A stretch of 64,000 bases of DNA from assembly GCA_039026395.1 (NCBI GenBank), contig JBCCMK010000005.1:2428-66427 (forward strand). Direction: 5' to 3'. The notes beneath the pieces were generated by a model. That model worked only from the letters and a program-made list of their open reading frames with translations. It had not been told where the DNA came from and searched no databases. Both the position numbers and the translations under genes were made by a program. Position 1 is the first letter of the stretch. Every line of letters begins with the position of its first letter. This DNA is from Pseudomonadota bacterium. Its GTDB lineage: Bacteria; Pseudomonadota; Alphaproteobacteria; Rhizobiales; JAKSCL01. Shown in pieces: positions 48,875 through 58,829 of the stretch.

Positions 48875-49566
48875 TGCTCGCTCCAGAAAAACTGTCGGTC
48901 GATATCGTCTCCGACGTGATGTGCCCGTGGTGTTACATTGGTAAGCGTAAGTTTGAACAGGCGCTCCCTAGCCTCACTGACGTACCGATGGATGTCATGT
49001 GGCGCCCGTATCAGTTGGACGCCACATTGCCGCCAGCTGGCAAGGATCGGCAAACATATCTCTCTGAGAAATTCGGTGGCCCTGAGCGCGCAGCGGCAAT
49101 CTACGAGCATATCGAAGACGCAGGCGAAGCAGTTGGTCTCGACTTTGCGTTCGACAAGATAAAGGTGTCTCCAAACACTTTGGATGCGCACCGCCTCGTG
49201 CGTTGGGCGTCAACAACGGGTCTCCAGGATCAAATCGTTGAAGCGCTCTTTGAGGCGTTTTTCATGCAAGGTGAAAACATCGGCGATCACGGTACGCTCA
49301 TTCGGATTGCTCAGGATGCCGGGCTAGACGCGGGTTTGATAGGGGAACTCCTCGTTGGCGAGGCGGACATTGACCTCACGAAACGGGAAATCGAACTCGC
49401 GACCAACATGGGCGTGACAGGCGTCCCCTGCTTCATCATCGCTGGGAAATATGCAGTCTCTGGAGCCCAAGACCCCGAAGTCATGGTGCAGGCCATACGG
49501 CAGGCTTGGGATGAGAAACTCGGCGAAACAGAAGCCGCAAGCACTGAAGAGAAGACAGCGGATTAA
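48871..49566 (+). CDS. DsbA/FrnE family dithiol oxidoreductase
   Basis: SDVMCPWCYIG, PNTLDAH, GVPCF, SGAQ; ATGA overlap with the ANL gene. Confidence 0.9.
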   Translation: MMLAPEKLSVDIVSDVMCPWCYIGKRKFEQALPSLTDVPMDVMWRPYQLDATLPPAGKDRQTYLSEKFGGPERAAAIYEHIEDAGEAVGLDFAFDKIKVSPNTLDAHRLVRWASTTGLQDQIVEALFEAFFMQGENIGDHGTLIRIAQDAGLDAGLIGELLVGEADIDLTKREIELATNMGVTGVPCFIIAGKYAVSGAQDPEVMVQAIRQAWDEKLGETEAASTEEKTAD

Positions 49567-49575
49567 GTCAGGTAC

Positions 49576-52500
49576 CTAAGCTGCTTTCTTTGTTGTTTCG
49601 ACCAGGCTCACCAGCTCGCGCAGGATTGATATTGCACCAGAAAGCCGGTTCTCAGGCTTCGGCCAATCCCGCTTGAAAACCAGCCGGTGATCGGCGCGAA
49701 CTTTGACGAGCGATCCCTGTTTCGAGACGTATTCGACGAGCCCGTGCGGGTTGGCAAACTCATTTCCACGGAATGCAACGACCGCCCCGCCCGGCCCAGC
49801 GTCAACCTTCTCAACGCCCGCCGCACGGCAGAGGAGCTTGATCCGCATGGTCGTCAAAAGCTGTTCCACTTCAGGCGGCGGCGCGCCAAACCGATCGGTC
49901 AGATCAGCGCCAAAGGCTTCGATTTCTTCTTTTGTTTCGAGTTGGGCAAGAGATCTATAGAGGCTCAAGCGTAACTGCAGGTCTTCGACGTAACCCTCTG
50001 GTATCATGACAGCAATGCCGAGAGTGATCTGCGGTGACCATTGATCATCTAACTCTTCATCGTCGCCATCCTTCAATTGAGCGACTGCCTCTTCCAACAT
50101 CTGCTGATAGAGTTCAAAGCCGACCTCGCGGATGTGACCGGATTGCTCTTCACCGAGGAGATTACCCGCACCACGAATGTCGAGATCGTGGCTCGCGAGC
50201 GTGAAACCCGCGCCAAGCGTATTGAGCGATTGAAGCACCCGGAGACGTTTCTCAGCGGTGGCCGTCATCGGTTTGTTGGCTGGTATTGTGAAAAGCGCAT
50301 AAGCCCGCAGTTTCGAACGCCCTACGCGTCCACGAAGCTGATAGAGCTGCGCTAAGCCGAACATATCAGCACGATGCACGATCAGCGTGTTCGCTGTCGG
50401 GATATCGAGGCCAGACTCGACGATAGTGGTCGAGAGCAAAACGTCGAATTCGCCATCATAGAAGGCGTTCATGATCGTTTCGAGATCTGTCGCAGCCATT
50501 TGGCCGTGAGCGACCGCTACTTTTACCTCTGGGATGGTCTCGGCGAGGAACTGCCGGGCCTCCTCAATATCGGAAATGCGCGGACACACATAAAACGTTT
50601 GCCCACCGCGATAGTGCTCGCGAAGAACGGTCTCACGGATCACGACCGGATCGAATGGTGACGTAAATGTTCGCACGCTCAAACGGTCGATGGGCGGCGT
50701 CGCAATCACGGAGAGGTCGCGAACACCCGTCATCGCAAGCTGCAAAGTCCGAGGGATCGGCGTGGCGGTCAGCGTTAAGACATGGACATTGTCTTTTAAT
50801 CGCTTGAGACGCTCTTTGTGCTTCACCCCGAAGCGCTGCTCTTCATCGACGATGAGAAGTCCAAGGTTCTTAAATTTGATGCTCTTTCCGAGAAGAGCAT
50901 GCGTACCGACGACGATATCAACTGTCCCCTCGGTCATTCCAGTTTTCGTCTCCGCGAGGTCCTTGGTGGACACCATTCGCGAGGCTTGCGCGACCTTTAC
51001 GGGTAGACCCTGAAAACGGTCCGCAAAGGTGCGGTAGTGCTGACGCGCAAGCAGCGTCGTCGGCACAATGATCGCCACCTGGTAACCGGCCATGACCGAG
51101 AGAAATGCTGCGCGCAGCGCAATTTCCGTCTTGCCGAAACCGACGTCACCGCACACCAAGCGGTCCATGGGTTGACCGGCACTCAAATCATCAACGACCG
51201 CTTCGATTGCCCGCAGCTGATCGTCAGTTTCCACATAGGGAAAACGCGCTGAAAACTCATCAAACAGCCCTTCTGGCGGTGACATGGCAGGCGCTGTTTT
51301 CATGGTGCGCGCGGCCGCGACCTTTATCAGTTCCTCGGCCATGTCGCGGATACGCTTCTTCATCCGCGCCTTGCGTGCCTGCCACGCGGGCCCGCCGAGC
51401 CGATCAAGCGCGACCTCGGTATCCTCTGAACCGTATCGCGAAAGAAGCTCAATATTCTCGACCGGCAAATAGAGTGTATCGCCACCCGCATAAGTGAGCT
51501 CGAGGCAGTCGTGCGGCGCGCTCGAAACCTCAATGATTTTGAGGCCCGCAAAGCGCCCGATCCCGTGATCGGCATGGACCACGACGTCGCCTATGGAGAG
51601 GCTGGCGACATCGGTCAGAACGTCCTTGTCCTTCCGGCGCCTGGTTGAGCGAACCAGACGATCGCCAAGGATGTCCTGCTCTGAAATCACCAGAACGTCA
51701 CGGGTCTCAAAGCCATACTCAATCGGGAGCACGGCAGAGGTGATCCGCGGTTTGCCGGCCATGGCGCTCGACCATTCATCGGTCGGTGTGATCTGCATCA
51801 GACCATGATCGGTCAGCATGCTCGCCATGCGGTCGCGCGAACCCATGGACCAGCACGCGAAAAGGACGCGGCGACCGGACGAAAACGCAGCCTGGGCGTA
51901 ATCGGCCACCGCATCGAAAACGTTCTTGTCGGTCGCCGCGCGTTCTTGTGCGAAGGAACGAGATGGTTTCCCCTCAAACGAGACCTGCCAGATGCTATCA
52001 GTCTCGGGCGGATGCAGGCTTGAAAGCTCGATCCTGTTACGGCCTGACAGCGCGTCACTCCACAAGTCACCGCTCAAATAGAGTGACGAGGGAGGAAGCG
52101 CCTTATAGGTCGTCGCGCCATATTGCCCGCCATCAACCGCGGTCTCCCGCGCCTCGAAATAGTCCTCGATCTGCTTTTCCCGCTCCTGGCGCGCCTCATT
52201 GCAAAGCGTATCGAAGACGATGGGAGCTTCGGGCAGATAATCGAAAAACGAAACGAGAGCGTCCGAGAAAAGCGGCAGCCAGTGCTCCATGCCATGGTAG
52301 CGCCGCCCTTCGGATATCGAAGTGTAGAGCGCATCGTCGCTTGAAGCGACGCCGAAGCGCTTGACGTAAGACTGCCGAAAGGTGCGGACGTCGTCCTCGG
52401 TGAGTGAGACCTCGCTATTGGGCACAAGCGGCAGGCTCTTGAGGCTGCCTTCCGAGCGCTGGTTTTCCGGGTCAAACGGGCGGATCGTTTCGAGCGTGTC

Positions 52501-53076
52501 GCCGAAATAATCGAGCCTGACCGGCCGTTTCGTGCCCGGCGCGTAGAGGTCGAGAATACCGCCGCGTACGGCGTACTGACCCTGCTCTCGAACGATTGAA
52601 TCCCGCTGAAAACCGTTATCGTCCAGCCACCGGATAACGCGATCCATCGGCATCACACGCCCAGGCTTCAGGCTCAGTGCTCGCGACTTCACACCTTGCG
52701 GCGGCAGCACTTTCTGGATGACGGCGTTCACCGTCGTGAGAATGACGTGAGGGCGCGCACCGCTCGCCAACCGGTAAAGTGCTGCCACCCTTTGAGCAGC
52801 AACTTCCGTGTTCGGCGAGACACGGTCGTAGGGCAGGCAATCCCAGGCGGGAAACGTGATCGTCTTCAGCCCCTTGCCGAAGAACCGCAAACCCTGTCGA
52901 ACCGTGGCCAGCCGCCCTGCATCTCGACACACGAGTATCAGCGGCGAAACCGTCTCCGCGTCACCATTCAATGTGCGCACAAGATCGGCCACGACCAGCG
53001 GCGTCATGCCATCTGGAACGTCAGTAAAGCGAGCGTTGACGCCAGGTTGGAGCGCTGGCGCTATATCGAGTGTCAT
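49576..53076 (-). CDS. mfd: Transcription-repair coupling factor
   Basis: PAWDCLPYD, GDVGFGKT, DEEQRFG, TATPIPRT, QLRGRVGR, RGAGNLLG; 1166 aa. Confidence 0.97.
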   Translation of the reverse strand: MTLDIAPALQPGVNARFTDVPDGMTPLVVADLVRTLNGDAETVSPLILVCRDAGRLATVRQGLRFFGKGLKTITFPAWDCLPYDRVSPNTEVAAQRVAALYRLASGARPHVILTTVNAVIQKVLPPQGVKSRALSLKPGRVMPMDRVIRWLDDNGFQRDSIVREQGQYAVRGGILDLYAPGTKRPVRLDYFGDTLETIRPFDPENQRSEGSLKSLPLVPNSEVSLTEDDVRTFRQSYVKRFGVASSDDALYTSISEGRRYHGMEHWLPLFSDALVSFFDYLPEAPIVFDTLCNEARQEREKQIEDYFEARETAVDGGQYGATTYKALPPSSLYLSGDLWSDALSGRNRIELSSLHPPETDSIWQVSFEGKPSRSFAQERAATDKNVFDAVADYAQAAFSSGRRVLFACWSMGSRDRMASMLTDHGLMQITPTDEWSSAMAGKPRITSAVLPIEYGFETRDVLVISEQDILGDRLVRSTRRRKDKDVLTDVASLSIGDVVVHADHGIGRFAGLKIIEVSSAPHDCLELTYAGGDTLYLPVENIELLSRYGSEDTEVALDRLGGPAWQARKARMKKRIRDMAEELIKVAAARTMKTAPAMSPPEGLFDEFSARFPYVETDDQLRAIEAVVDDLSAGQPMDRLVCGDVGFGKTEIALRAAFLSVMAGYQVAIIVPTTLLARQHYRTFADRFQGLPVKVAQASRMVSTKDLAETKTGMTEGTVDIVVGTHALLGKSIKFKNLGLLIVDEEQRFGVKHKERLKRLKDNVHVLTLTATPIPRTLQLAMTGVRDLSVIATPPIDRLSVRTFTSPFDPVVIRETVLREHYRGGQTFYVCPRISDIEEARQFLAETIPEVKVAVAHGQMAATDLETIMNAFYDGEFDVLLSTTIVESGLDIPTANTLIVHRADMFGLAQLYQLRGRVGRSKLRAYALFTIPANKPMTATAEKRLRVLQSLNTLGAGFTLASHDLDIRGAGNLLGEEQSGHIREVGFELYQQMLEEAVAQLKDGDDEELDDQWSPQITLGIAVMIPEGYVEDLQLRLSLYRSLAQLETKEEIEAFGADLTDRFGAPPPEVEQLLTTMRIKLLCRAAGVEKVDAGPGGAVVAFRGNEFANPHGLVEYVSKQGSLVKVRADHRLVFKRDWPKPENRLSGAISILRELVSLVETTKKAA

Positions 53077-53094
53077 CGAAAATACTGCGGTTTG

Positions 53095-53400
53095 TTAGAG
53101 GTACGCGCGGGCCGCGTCTGTTCCCTTTAGATGGAACGCTTGTAGCGCTGAGAAAACCGGCGTCGCGTAATTATTTGGCGTCTCGCGGGTTCCAGTGATC
53201 CACGCAAAGAGGTCCCAGTCTGGAACTTCGATCAGCTGCTCAAAATCGCTCAGATGGTCTGACGAGAGCTCGGCCAGAAATTTGTCCGCAAAACCGCCCA
53301 TCAAGAGGTCCATTTCGCGAGTGCCACGATGCCAAGAGCGAAAGAGGATCTTTCGCTGCCGCACGGTCAACCCGTCGCTGGTGATTTGGGTGCCACTCAT
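53095..53400 (-). CDS. sdhE: FAD assembly factor SdhE (Sdh5)
   Basis: RSWHRGTREMD (RGxxE) motif; between recG and mfd. Confidence 0.92.
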   Translation of the reverse strand: MSGTQITSDGLTVRQRKILFRSWHRGTREMDLLMGGFADKFLAELSSDHLSDFEQLIEVPDWDLFAWITGTRETPNNYATPVFSALQAFHLKGTDAARAYL

Positions 53401-53508
53401 GGCCGCCTCTTTGATATGTGTTGAACCAACCGCACAAGCCTATTGAGTACCATTGCGCGCGGCGAAACCGGTCTATACTGAACCTCATCGCGTCTGTCAC
53501 GGCAGCCT

Positions 53509-55620
53509 ATGCGCCCACCTGAGCTCAATACACTCTTTGCACCGGTAACCTCGATCAAGGGGGTCGGTCCAAAATCAGCGCCCGCCTATGATCGGTTGCT
53601 TCTAAGCCCGGGCGATGCGGGACCCGCGCGCGTCATGGATCTCGTCTTCCATATGCCAAACCGCGTGGTCGATCGGCGAAAGCATGTAACGGTGCAAGAT
53701 GCGCTGGTCGGTGAGATTGTAACGTTGACGCTCCGAGTTATCCGGCACTTCGCGCCGCCGCCGGGGCGGAGAAACTCGCCCCACCGGGTGATTTGCGAAG
53801 ACGATACGGATGAGATCGCAATCGTCTTTTTCGGTGGGCACGGTGATTACATCCATAAGCTCCTACCAGCCGGCGAGACTGTAGTGGTCAGCGGGCTCCT
53901 GGAATCGTTCAATGACCGTCGGCAGATCGTTCATCCAGATCACGTCGTTCCCGTCGACAAAGCCCACACACTTCCGCAGATCGAGCCGATATACCCTCTG
54001 ACTGCTGGTGTATCCCGGGCGATGTTTGGGAAAGCGATCAACGGCGCAGTCGAGACCCTTCCGGATCTGGGAGAATGGATCGAACCCTCCACGCTCGCAG
54101 AGTTTCAATGGCCGACATGGCATGACGCAGCGACGACAATCCATCGCCCCATAGAACCATCTGATGCGGACCCGCATGGCGGCCCCTGGCAGCGCCTGGC
54201 CTATGACGAACTCCTTGCGGGGCAGCTTGCTCTCGGTCTCCTTAGAAAGACGATGCGCGACAAGGGCGGAACGTCACGGGTCGCGACTGGAAATGTTCGG
54301 GAGCACATGACGAGCGCCCTCCCCTTTTCGCTGACTGGCGCACAGGGCCGCGCGCTTGATGAAATTCAGCAGGACATGGAAGCGCCTGACCGAATGCTGC
54401 GACTGCTCCAGGGTGATGTCGGATCCGGCAAGACTGTGGTTGCAGCGCTCGCAATGGCACATAGCCTTGATAGCGGTTGGAAGGCAGCACTGATGGCGCC
54501 AACCGAAATCCTCGCGCGGCAGCATCTCGCGACTTTCACCGGGTTCTTCGACGGTACCGGCGTCAGGTTGCAGCTCCTCACGGGTCGTGACACCGCGAAA
54601 GAGCGTCGAGAGACTTTAGAGGCCTTAAAATCCGGCGAGATCGACATCCTGATCGGCACGCATGCGCTTTTTCAGGAAACGGTTGAATTCAACCGCCTGG
54701 GACTCGTTGTCATTGATGAACAGCACCGCTTTGGTGTGCATCAGCGTCTCGCGCTCGGCACGAAGAACGGTGCGGACGCAGACATGCTTGTCATGACCGC
54801 GACGCCCATTCCGCGCACGCTCGTTCTTACCCATTACGGCGACATGGATGTCTCGATCCTCGATGAAAAACCTCCCGGGCGGCAACCGATCGACACGCGG
54901 GTTTTACCCGCTGAGAAATTGGGGGCAGTGACGGAGCGCCTGAAAGCCCATGTCGAAAGCGGCGGGCAAGCCTATTGGGTCTGTCCTCTCGTCGAAGACA
55001 GCGAACTGGACGGCGTGGTGGATGCAACAGCAAGGCACAAAGTACTGAGCGAGCATTTTGGCGACCGTGTCGCAATCATTCACGGGCGCATGCCAGGCAC
55101 GGAAAAAGATGCCGTTATGGCCGCGTTTCAGGCCGGTGAGGTCTCGATCTTAGTTGCAACGACCGTGATCGAAGTCGGGGTTGATGTCCCGAATGCCACT
55201 ATCATCGTGATTGAAAACGCAGAACGCTTCGGGCTTGCTCAACTCCACCAGTTGCGCGGTCGTGTTGGCCGAGGCTCGGACTCTTCAGTCTGTCTGCTCG
55301 TTTACGGCAAAGTATTCTCGCAGACCGCTCAAGAAAGACTCCGAATTATGCGTGAGACCGAAGACGGATTCCGAATTGCTGAAAAAGATCTCGAACTCAG
55401 AGGTGGTGGCGACATTCTGGGAACCCGTCAGAGCGGTGAAACCGTCACAGAAATCGCAGATCCTTCTGTTCATAGACGGCTTTTAGAACCGGCACGCCAG
55501 TCGGCGCGCCTTCTTCTCGAGACAGACCCCATGCTTCTATCATCTCGCGGCCGCGCGGCGCGCGTGCTCCTGCATCTGTTTGGAAAAGTAGAGGCTGTCC
55601 GGCTGATTGAGGCCGGTTAG
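53509..55620 (+). CDS. recG: ATP-dependent DNA helicase RecG
   Basis: Wedge domain, QGDVGSGKT, DEQHRFG, HQLRGRVGR, DGFRIAEKDLELRG. Confidence 0.96.
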   Translation: MRPPELNTLFAPVTSIKGVGPKSAPAYDRLLLSPGDAGPARVMDLVFHMPNRVVDRRKHVTVQDALVGEIVTLTLRVIRHFAPPPGRRNSPHRVICEDDTDEIAIVFFGGHGDYIHKLLPAGETVVVSGLLESFNDRRQIVHPDHVVPVDKAHTLPQIEPIYPLTAGVSRAMFGKAINGAVETLPDLGEWIEPSTLAEFQWPTWHDAATTIHRPIEPSDADPHGGPWQRLAYDELLAGQLALGLLRKTMRDKGGTSRVATGNVREHMTSALPFSLTGAQGRALDEIQQDMEAPDRMLRLLQGDVGSGKTVVAALAMAHSLDSGWKAALMAPTEILARQHLATFTGFFDGTGVRLQLLTGRDTAKERRETLEALKSGEIDILIGTHALFQETVEFNRLGLVVIDEQHRFGVHQRLALGTKNGADADMLVMTATPIPRTLVLTHYGDMDVSILDEKPPGRQPIDTRVLPAEKLGAVTERLKAHVESGGQAYWVCPLVEDSELDGVVDATARHKVLSEHFGDRVAIIHGRMPGTEKDAVMAAFQAGEVSILVATTVIEVGVDVPNATIIVIENAERFGLAQLHQLRGRVGRGSDSSVCLLVYGKVFSQTAQERLRIMRETEDGFRIAEKDLELRGGGDILGTRQSGETVTEIADPSVHRRLLEPARQSARLLLETDPMLLSSRGRAARVLLHLFGKVEAVRLIEAG

Positions 55621-55625
55621 CCGCG

Positions 55626-56372
55626 TTAGCCTGCAAGCTTGCGCTTTTCTTCGTCGAGGCGCGCAATTTCGCGGTTGTCGAAGAACTCTTTTGCTTCTTC
55701 GTGATACTCGGGCACAACGAGACCGGCGGAGATCACCATCTTCGCGCCATCCTCAACCGTCATGTCGAGAAGCATGACGTCTTCTTTCGGCACAAACAGT
55801 AAGAACCCCGACGTTGGGTTCGGCGTCGTCGGCAGAAAGACGCTTAGATGATCGCCGTTAGGGCGCAGCTTTGCACCAACCTCACCTTTTGTCGCCGTCG
55901 CAACAAAAGCAGCCGCATAGAGGCCACGTCGCGGATATTCGATGATCCCAACCCGATCGAACGACGTTTGATCCTGGTTAAGGACCGTCTCAAAAATCTG
56001 TTTGAGCGCTTTATAGACCGACGAGATGAGAGGCGTGCGATGAACGATCATCTCGCCATAGGCAACGATCGTTCTACCGAAAAGGTTTGCAGTCAAAAAG
56101 CCGAGGAGGGTTATGCCGAGGATGGCAAAGACAAGGCCACCTCCTGGCACCGAGAACGGCAGATAGGTGTCTGGATTGTATCTGGCCGGAACGAGCGGCT
56201 TCACCCATTTGTCGATCAGATTGATGAACGACCAGGTGAGGTAAATTGTGATCGCGATTGGTGCCGTGACAACGAGGCCGGTAAAGAAGTAGTTCCGCAG
56301 CCTGGTCGTCAGACCAAGCCGAACCGGCTTTCCGTCCTTACCTCGTTTGATCTCGTGGTCACCGACTTTCAC
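55626..56372 (-). CDS. DUF502 family membrane protein
   Basis: FFTGLVVTAP, IEYPRRG, VFLPTTPNPTSGF, ISAG. Confidence 0.87.
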   Translation of the reverse strand: MKVGDHEIKRGKDGKPVRLGLTTRLRNYFFTGLVVTAPIAITIYLTWSFINLIDKWVKPLVPARYNPDTYLPFSVPGGGLVFAILGITLLGFLTANLFGRTIVAYGEMIVHRTPLISSVYKALKQIFETVLNQDQTSFDRVGIIEYPRRGLYAAAFVATATKGEVGAKLRPNGDHLSVFLPTTPNPTSGFLLFVPKEDVMLLDMTVEDGAKMVISAGLVVPEYHEEAKEFFDNREIARLDEEKRKLAG

Positions 56373-56532
56373 GATTGTTTCGCCCTTAGCGCGTACGCAG
56401 CGTGACTTCGCTGCTCCATTCTTGCCAACTATATGGATATGCTCGTTACGAGTTTAACCCCAACCGTGGCGACATTTCGCCGAAACAAAGAGCAATGACG
56501 CGAATTTCATCGGCAGGGTCACGAAACGCTTA

Positions 56533-56904
56533 ATGATGCGTCACACCTACGCTTTCCTGGGATGGATGGCCCTTGGATTTGCGATCCTCGGTGCGATGTT
56601 ACCTCTGCTTCCAACCACGATCTTCGTCATCATTTCCGCCGCGTGCTTCGCGAAAAGCTCACCGAAAATGGAAGCCTATCTGCTCGACCATCGTGTCTTT
56701 GGACCGAGCCTGCGGGCGTGGCGAGACCACGGCGCAATCTCAAAACGCGGAAAACTGTTCTCGATCCTCGGCATATTGATCGGATTTGTCTTCGCAGTTT
56801 ATACCGCAAGCCCACCAGTGTGGGTGCTCACCGCATTGACACTCACTCTGGTCAGCGTCGCGCTTTTTATCCTGACGCGCCCTTCTCCGCCTATTCAACG
56901 GTGA
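56533..56904 (+). CDS. YbaN/DUF454 inner membrane protein
   Basis: LPLLPTT.F, CFAKSS, HRVFGP, GAISKRGK. Confidence 0.85.
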   Translation: MMRHTYAFLGWMALGFAILGAMLPLLPTTIFVIISAACFAKSSPKMEAYLLDHRVFGPSLRAWRDHGAISKRGKLFSILGILIGFVFAVYTASPPVWVLTALTLTLVSVALFILTRPSPPIQR

Positions 56905-58717
56905 CAGACTTTGCGAGGTTTCGCGGCTGGTCGACGTCCGTCCCAATAAAGACTGCTGTGTGATACGCTAAGAGCTGGACAGGGATAGCGCAAACAAGCG
57001 GCGTAACGAATGAGAAGCTTTCAGGCACTTCGATGATGGTTTGAGGCACGTCGCCGGCCGCGTCTTTTCCGCCTTTATCGGTGATCAAAATGATCTGACC
57101 GCCGCGTGCAGCAACCTCTTCCATGTTGGAGATGGTTTTTTCAAAAATCCGATCATTCGGCGCAACGACGATGACCGGCATGGTCTCATCAATGAGTGCA
57201 ATCGGTCCGTGCTTCAATTCACCTGCTGCATAACCTTCAGCATGTATGTAGCTGATTTCCTTGAGTTTAAGTGCGCCTTCCATGGCGATCGGGTAACTCG
57301 ATGCACGACCGAGATAGAGCGCGTGCTTGGCCTTCGAAAGATCGCGGCTGATCCCCTCAATCTGCGGCTCGAGCTTAAGAGCCTCGGAAATCAGGCGCGG
57401 CACTTCGATCAGTGCATCAACGAGCTTCCGCTCATCGTCATCGGTCAGGACGCCACGCGCACGACCAGCCGCAACCGCGAGCCCCGCAAGCACTGCTAGC
57501 TGACACGTGAACGCTTTGGTGGATGCCACACCGATCTCTGGTCCGGCAGCCGTCGGGAAAACAACGTCCGCTTCCCGGGCAATTGTAGATTCTGGAACGT
57601 TCACGACAGCGGCAATGTGTTGCCCTTGCGCCTTGCAATATCGAAGCGTGGCCAGCGTGTCCGCTGTTTCGCCGGACTGCGAAATGAAGATCGCTAGACC
57701 CTTCTCGCGCATTGGAACCTCGCGGTACCGAAACTCGGATGCGATATCGAGATCGACGGGCAATTGGGCGAAGCGCTCGAACCAGTAGCGCGCCACCAAA
57801 CCTGCATAATATGCGGTCCCGCATGCGGAGATGGAAATACGGTCCAGATCCTTGAAATCGAACGGCAAATCCTCTGGCAACTTAACCTTGCCGGAAGCCA
57901 TATCGATCATGCGCGAGAGGCTATGGGCGACCACTTCCGGCTGCTCATAAATCTCTTTGATCATGAAGTGGCGGTGATTACCCTTCTCAATCACCAGAGA
58001 TGACGCTGCACTGATCTGCTTGGGCCGGTCGACAGCATTCCCGGCTTCATCAAAGATCGATACCGAATGACGGTCCATGACGACGTGGTCGCCGTCTTCG
58101 AGGTATGAAACCTCGCTCGTCAGTGGCGCGAGCGCGATCGCGTCGGAACCGAGATACATCTCATTCTCGCCATAGCCAACCGCAAGCGGGCTGCCGCGCC
58201 GGGCGCCGATCATGAGGTCATCTTTTCCTTCGAAAAGGAACGCAAGCGCGAAAGCGCCTTCTAACTTCGGCAGCGCGTTTTTAACCGCTGTGTGAGGATC
58301 TGCGCCCTTGTTCATCTCGTCGGTGACGAGATGCGCTATGACTTCGCTATCCGTCTCCGTCACGGGCGTATGGCCCTTGGCAGTTAGCTCTTCACGAAGC
58401 GTGCGAAAGTTCTCGATAATGCCGTTGTGAACGACAGCGACCGTTTGCGTTGCGTGTGGGTGTGCGTTTGCAGTTGTGGGGCTACCGTGTGTTGCCCACC
58501 GGGTGTGGCCGATTCCCGAGTGGCCATCGAGTGGGCTTTCAGCATGCACGGCCTCCAGCGCTTCAAGTTTGCCGGACGCCCGCCGACGGGTGATCTCACC
58601 GTACTCCAGCGTCGCGACCCCGGCTGAGTCATAGCCGCGATATTCGAGCCTTTTCAGCGATTGAATGATGAGCGGCGCGACCGGTCGCTGTCCGAGGATA
58701 CCAACAATTCCGCACAT
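56891..58717 (-). CDS. glmS: Glutamine--fructose-6-phosphate aminotransferase
   Basis: N-terminal MCGIVG, GHTRWATHG, SQSGETADT, ELKHGP, PRNLAKSVTVE. Confidence 0.97.
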   Translation of the reverse strand: MCGIVGILGQRPVAPLIIQSLKRLEYRGYDSAGVATLEYGEITRRRASGKLEALEAVHAESPLDGHSGIGHTRWATHGSPTTANAHPHATQTVAVVHNGIIENFRTLREELTAKGHTPVTETDSEVIAHLVTDEMNKGADPHTAVKNALPKLEGAFALAFLFEGKDDLMIGARRGSPLAVGYGENEMYLGSDAIALAPLTSEVSYLEDGDHVVMDRHSVSIFDEAGNAVDRPKQISAASSLVIEKGNHRHFMIKEIYEQPEVVAHSLSRMIDMASGKVKLPEDLPFDFKDLDRISISACGTAYYAGLVARYWFERFAQLPVDLDIASEFRYREVPMREKGLAIFISQSGETADTLATLRYCKAQGQHIAAVVNVPESTIAREADVVFPTAAGPEIGVASTKAFTCQLAVLAGLAVAAGRARGVLTDDDERKLVDALIEVPRLISEALKLEPQIEGISRDLSKAKHALYLGRASSYPIAMEGALKLKEISYIHAEGYAAGELKHGPIALIDETMPVIVVAPNDRIFEKTISNMEEVAARGGQIILITDKGGKDAAGDVPQTIIEVPESFSFVTPLVCAIPVQLLAYHTAVFIGTDVDQPRNLAKSVTVE

Positions 58718-58829
58718 ATACGCGTCTCCACCAAAGCCACTCAATATCTAGCGGAACGGGTGCTAACAAACCGTGGGAGCTTGTCGAAGTCACAAAGTCT
58801 TTCGATGTTTTTCCGCACTTGGCTGCGCC

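Noticed and set aside
58718..58829. glmS ribozyme in the glmU-glmS spacer
   Set aside because: Only weak pairing (GCGGAA/TTCCGC); no ribozyme core recognised, and the ribozyme is mainly known from Gram-positive lineages
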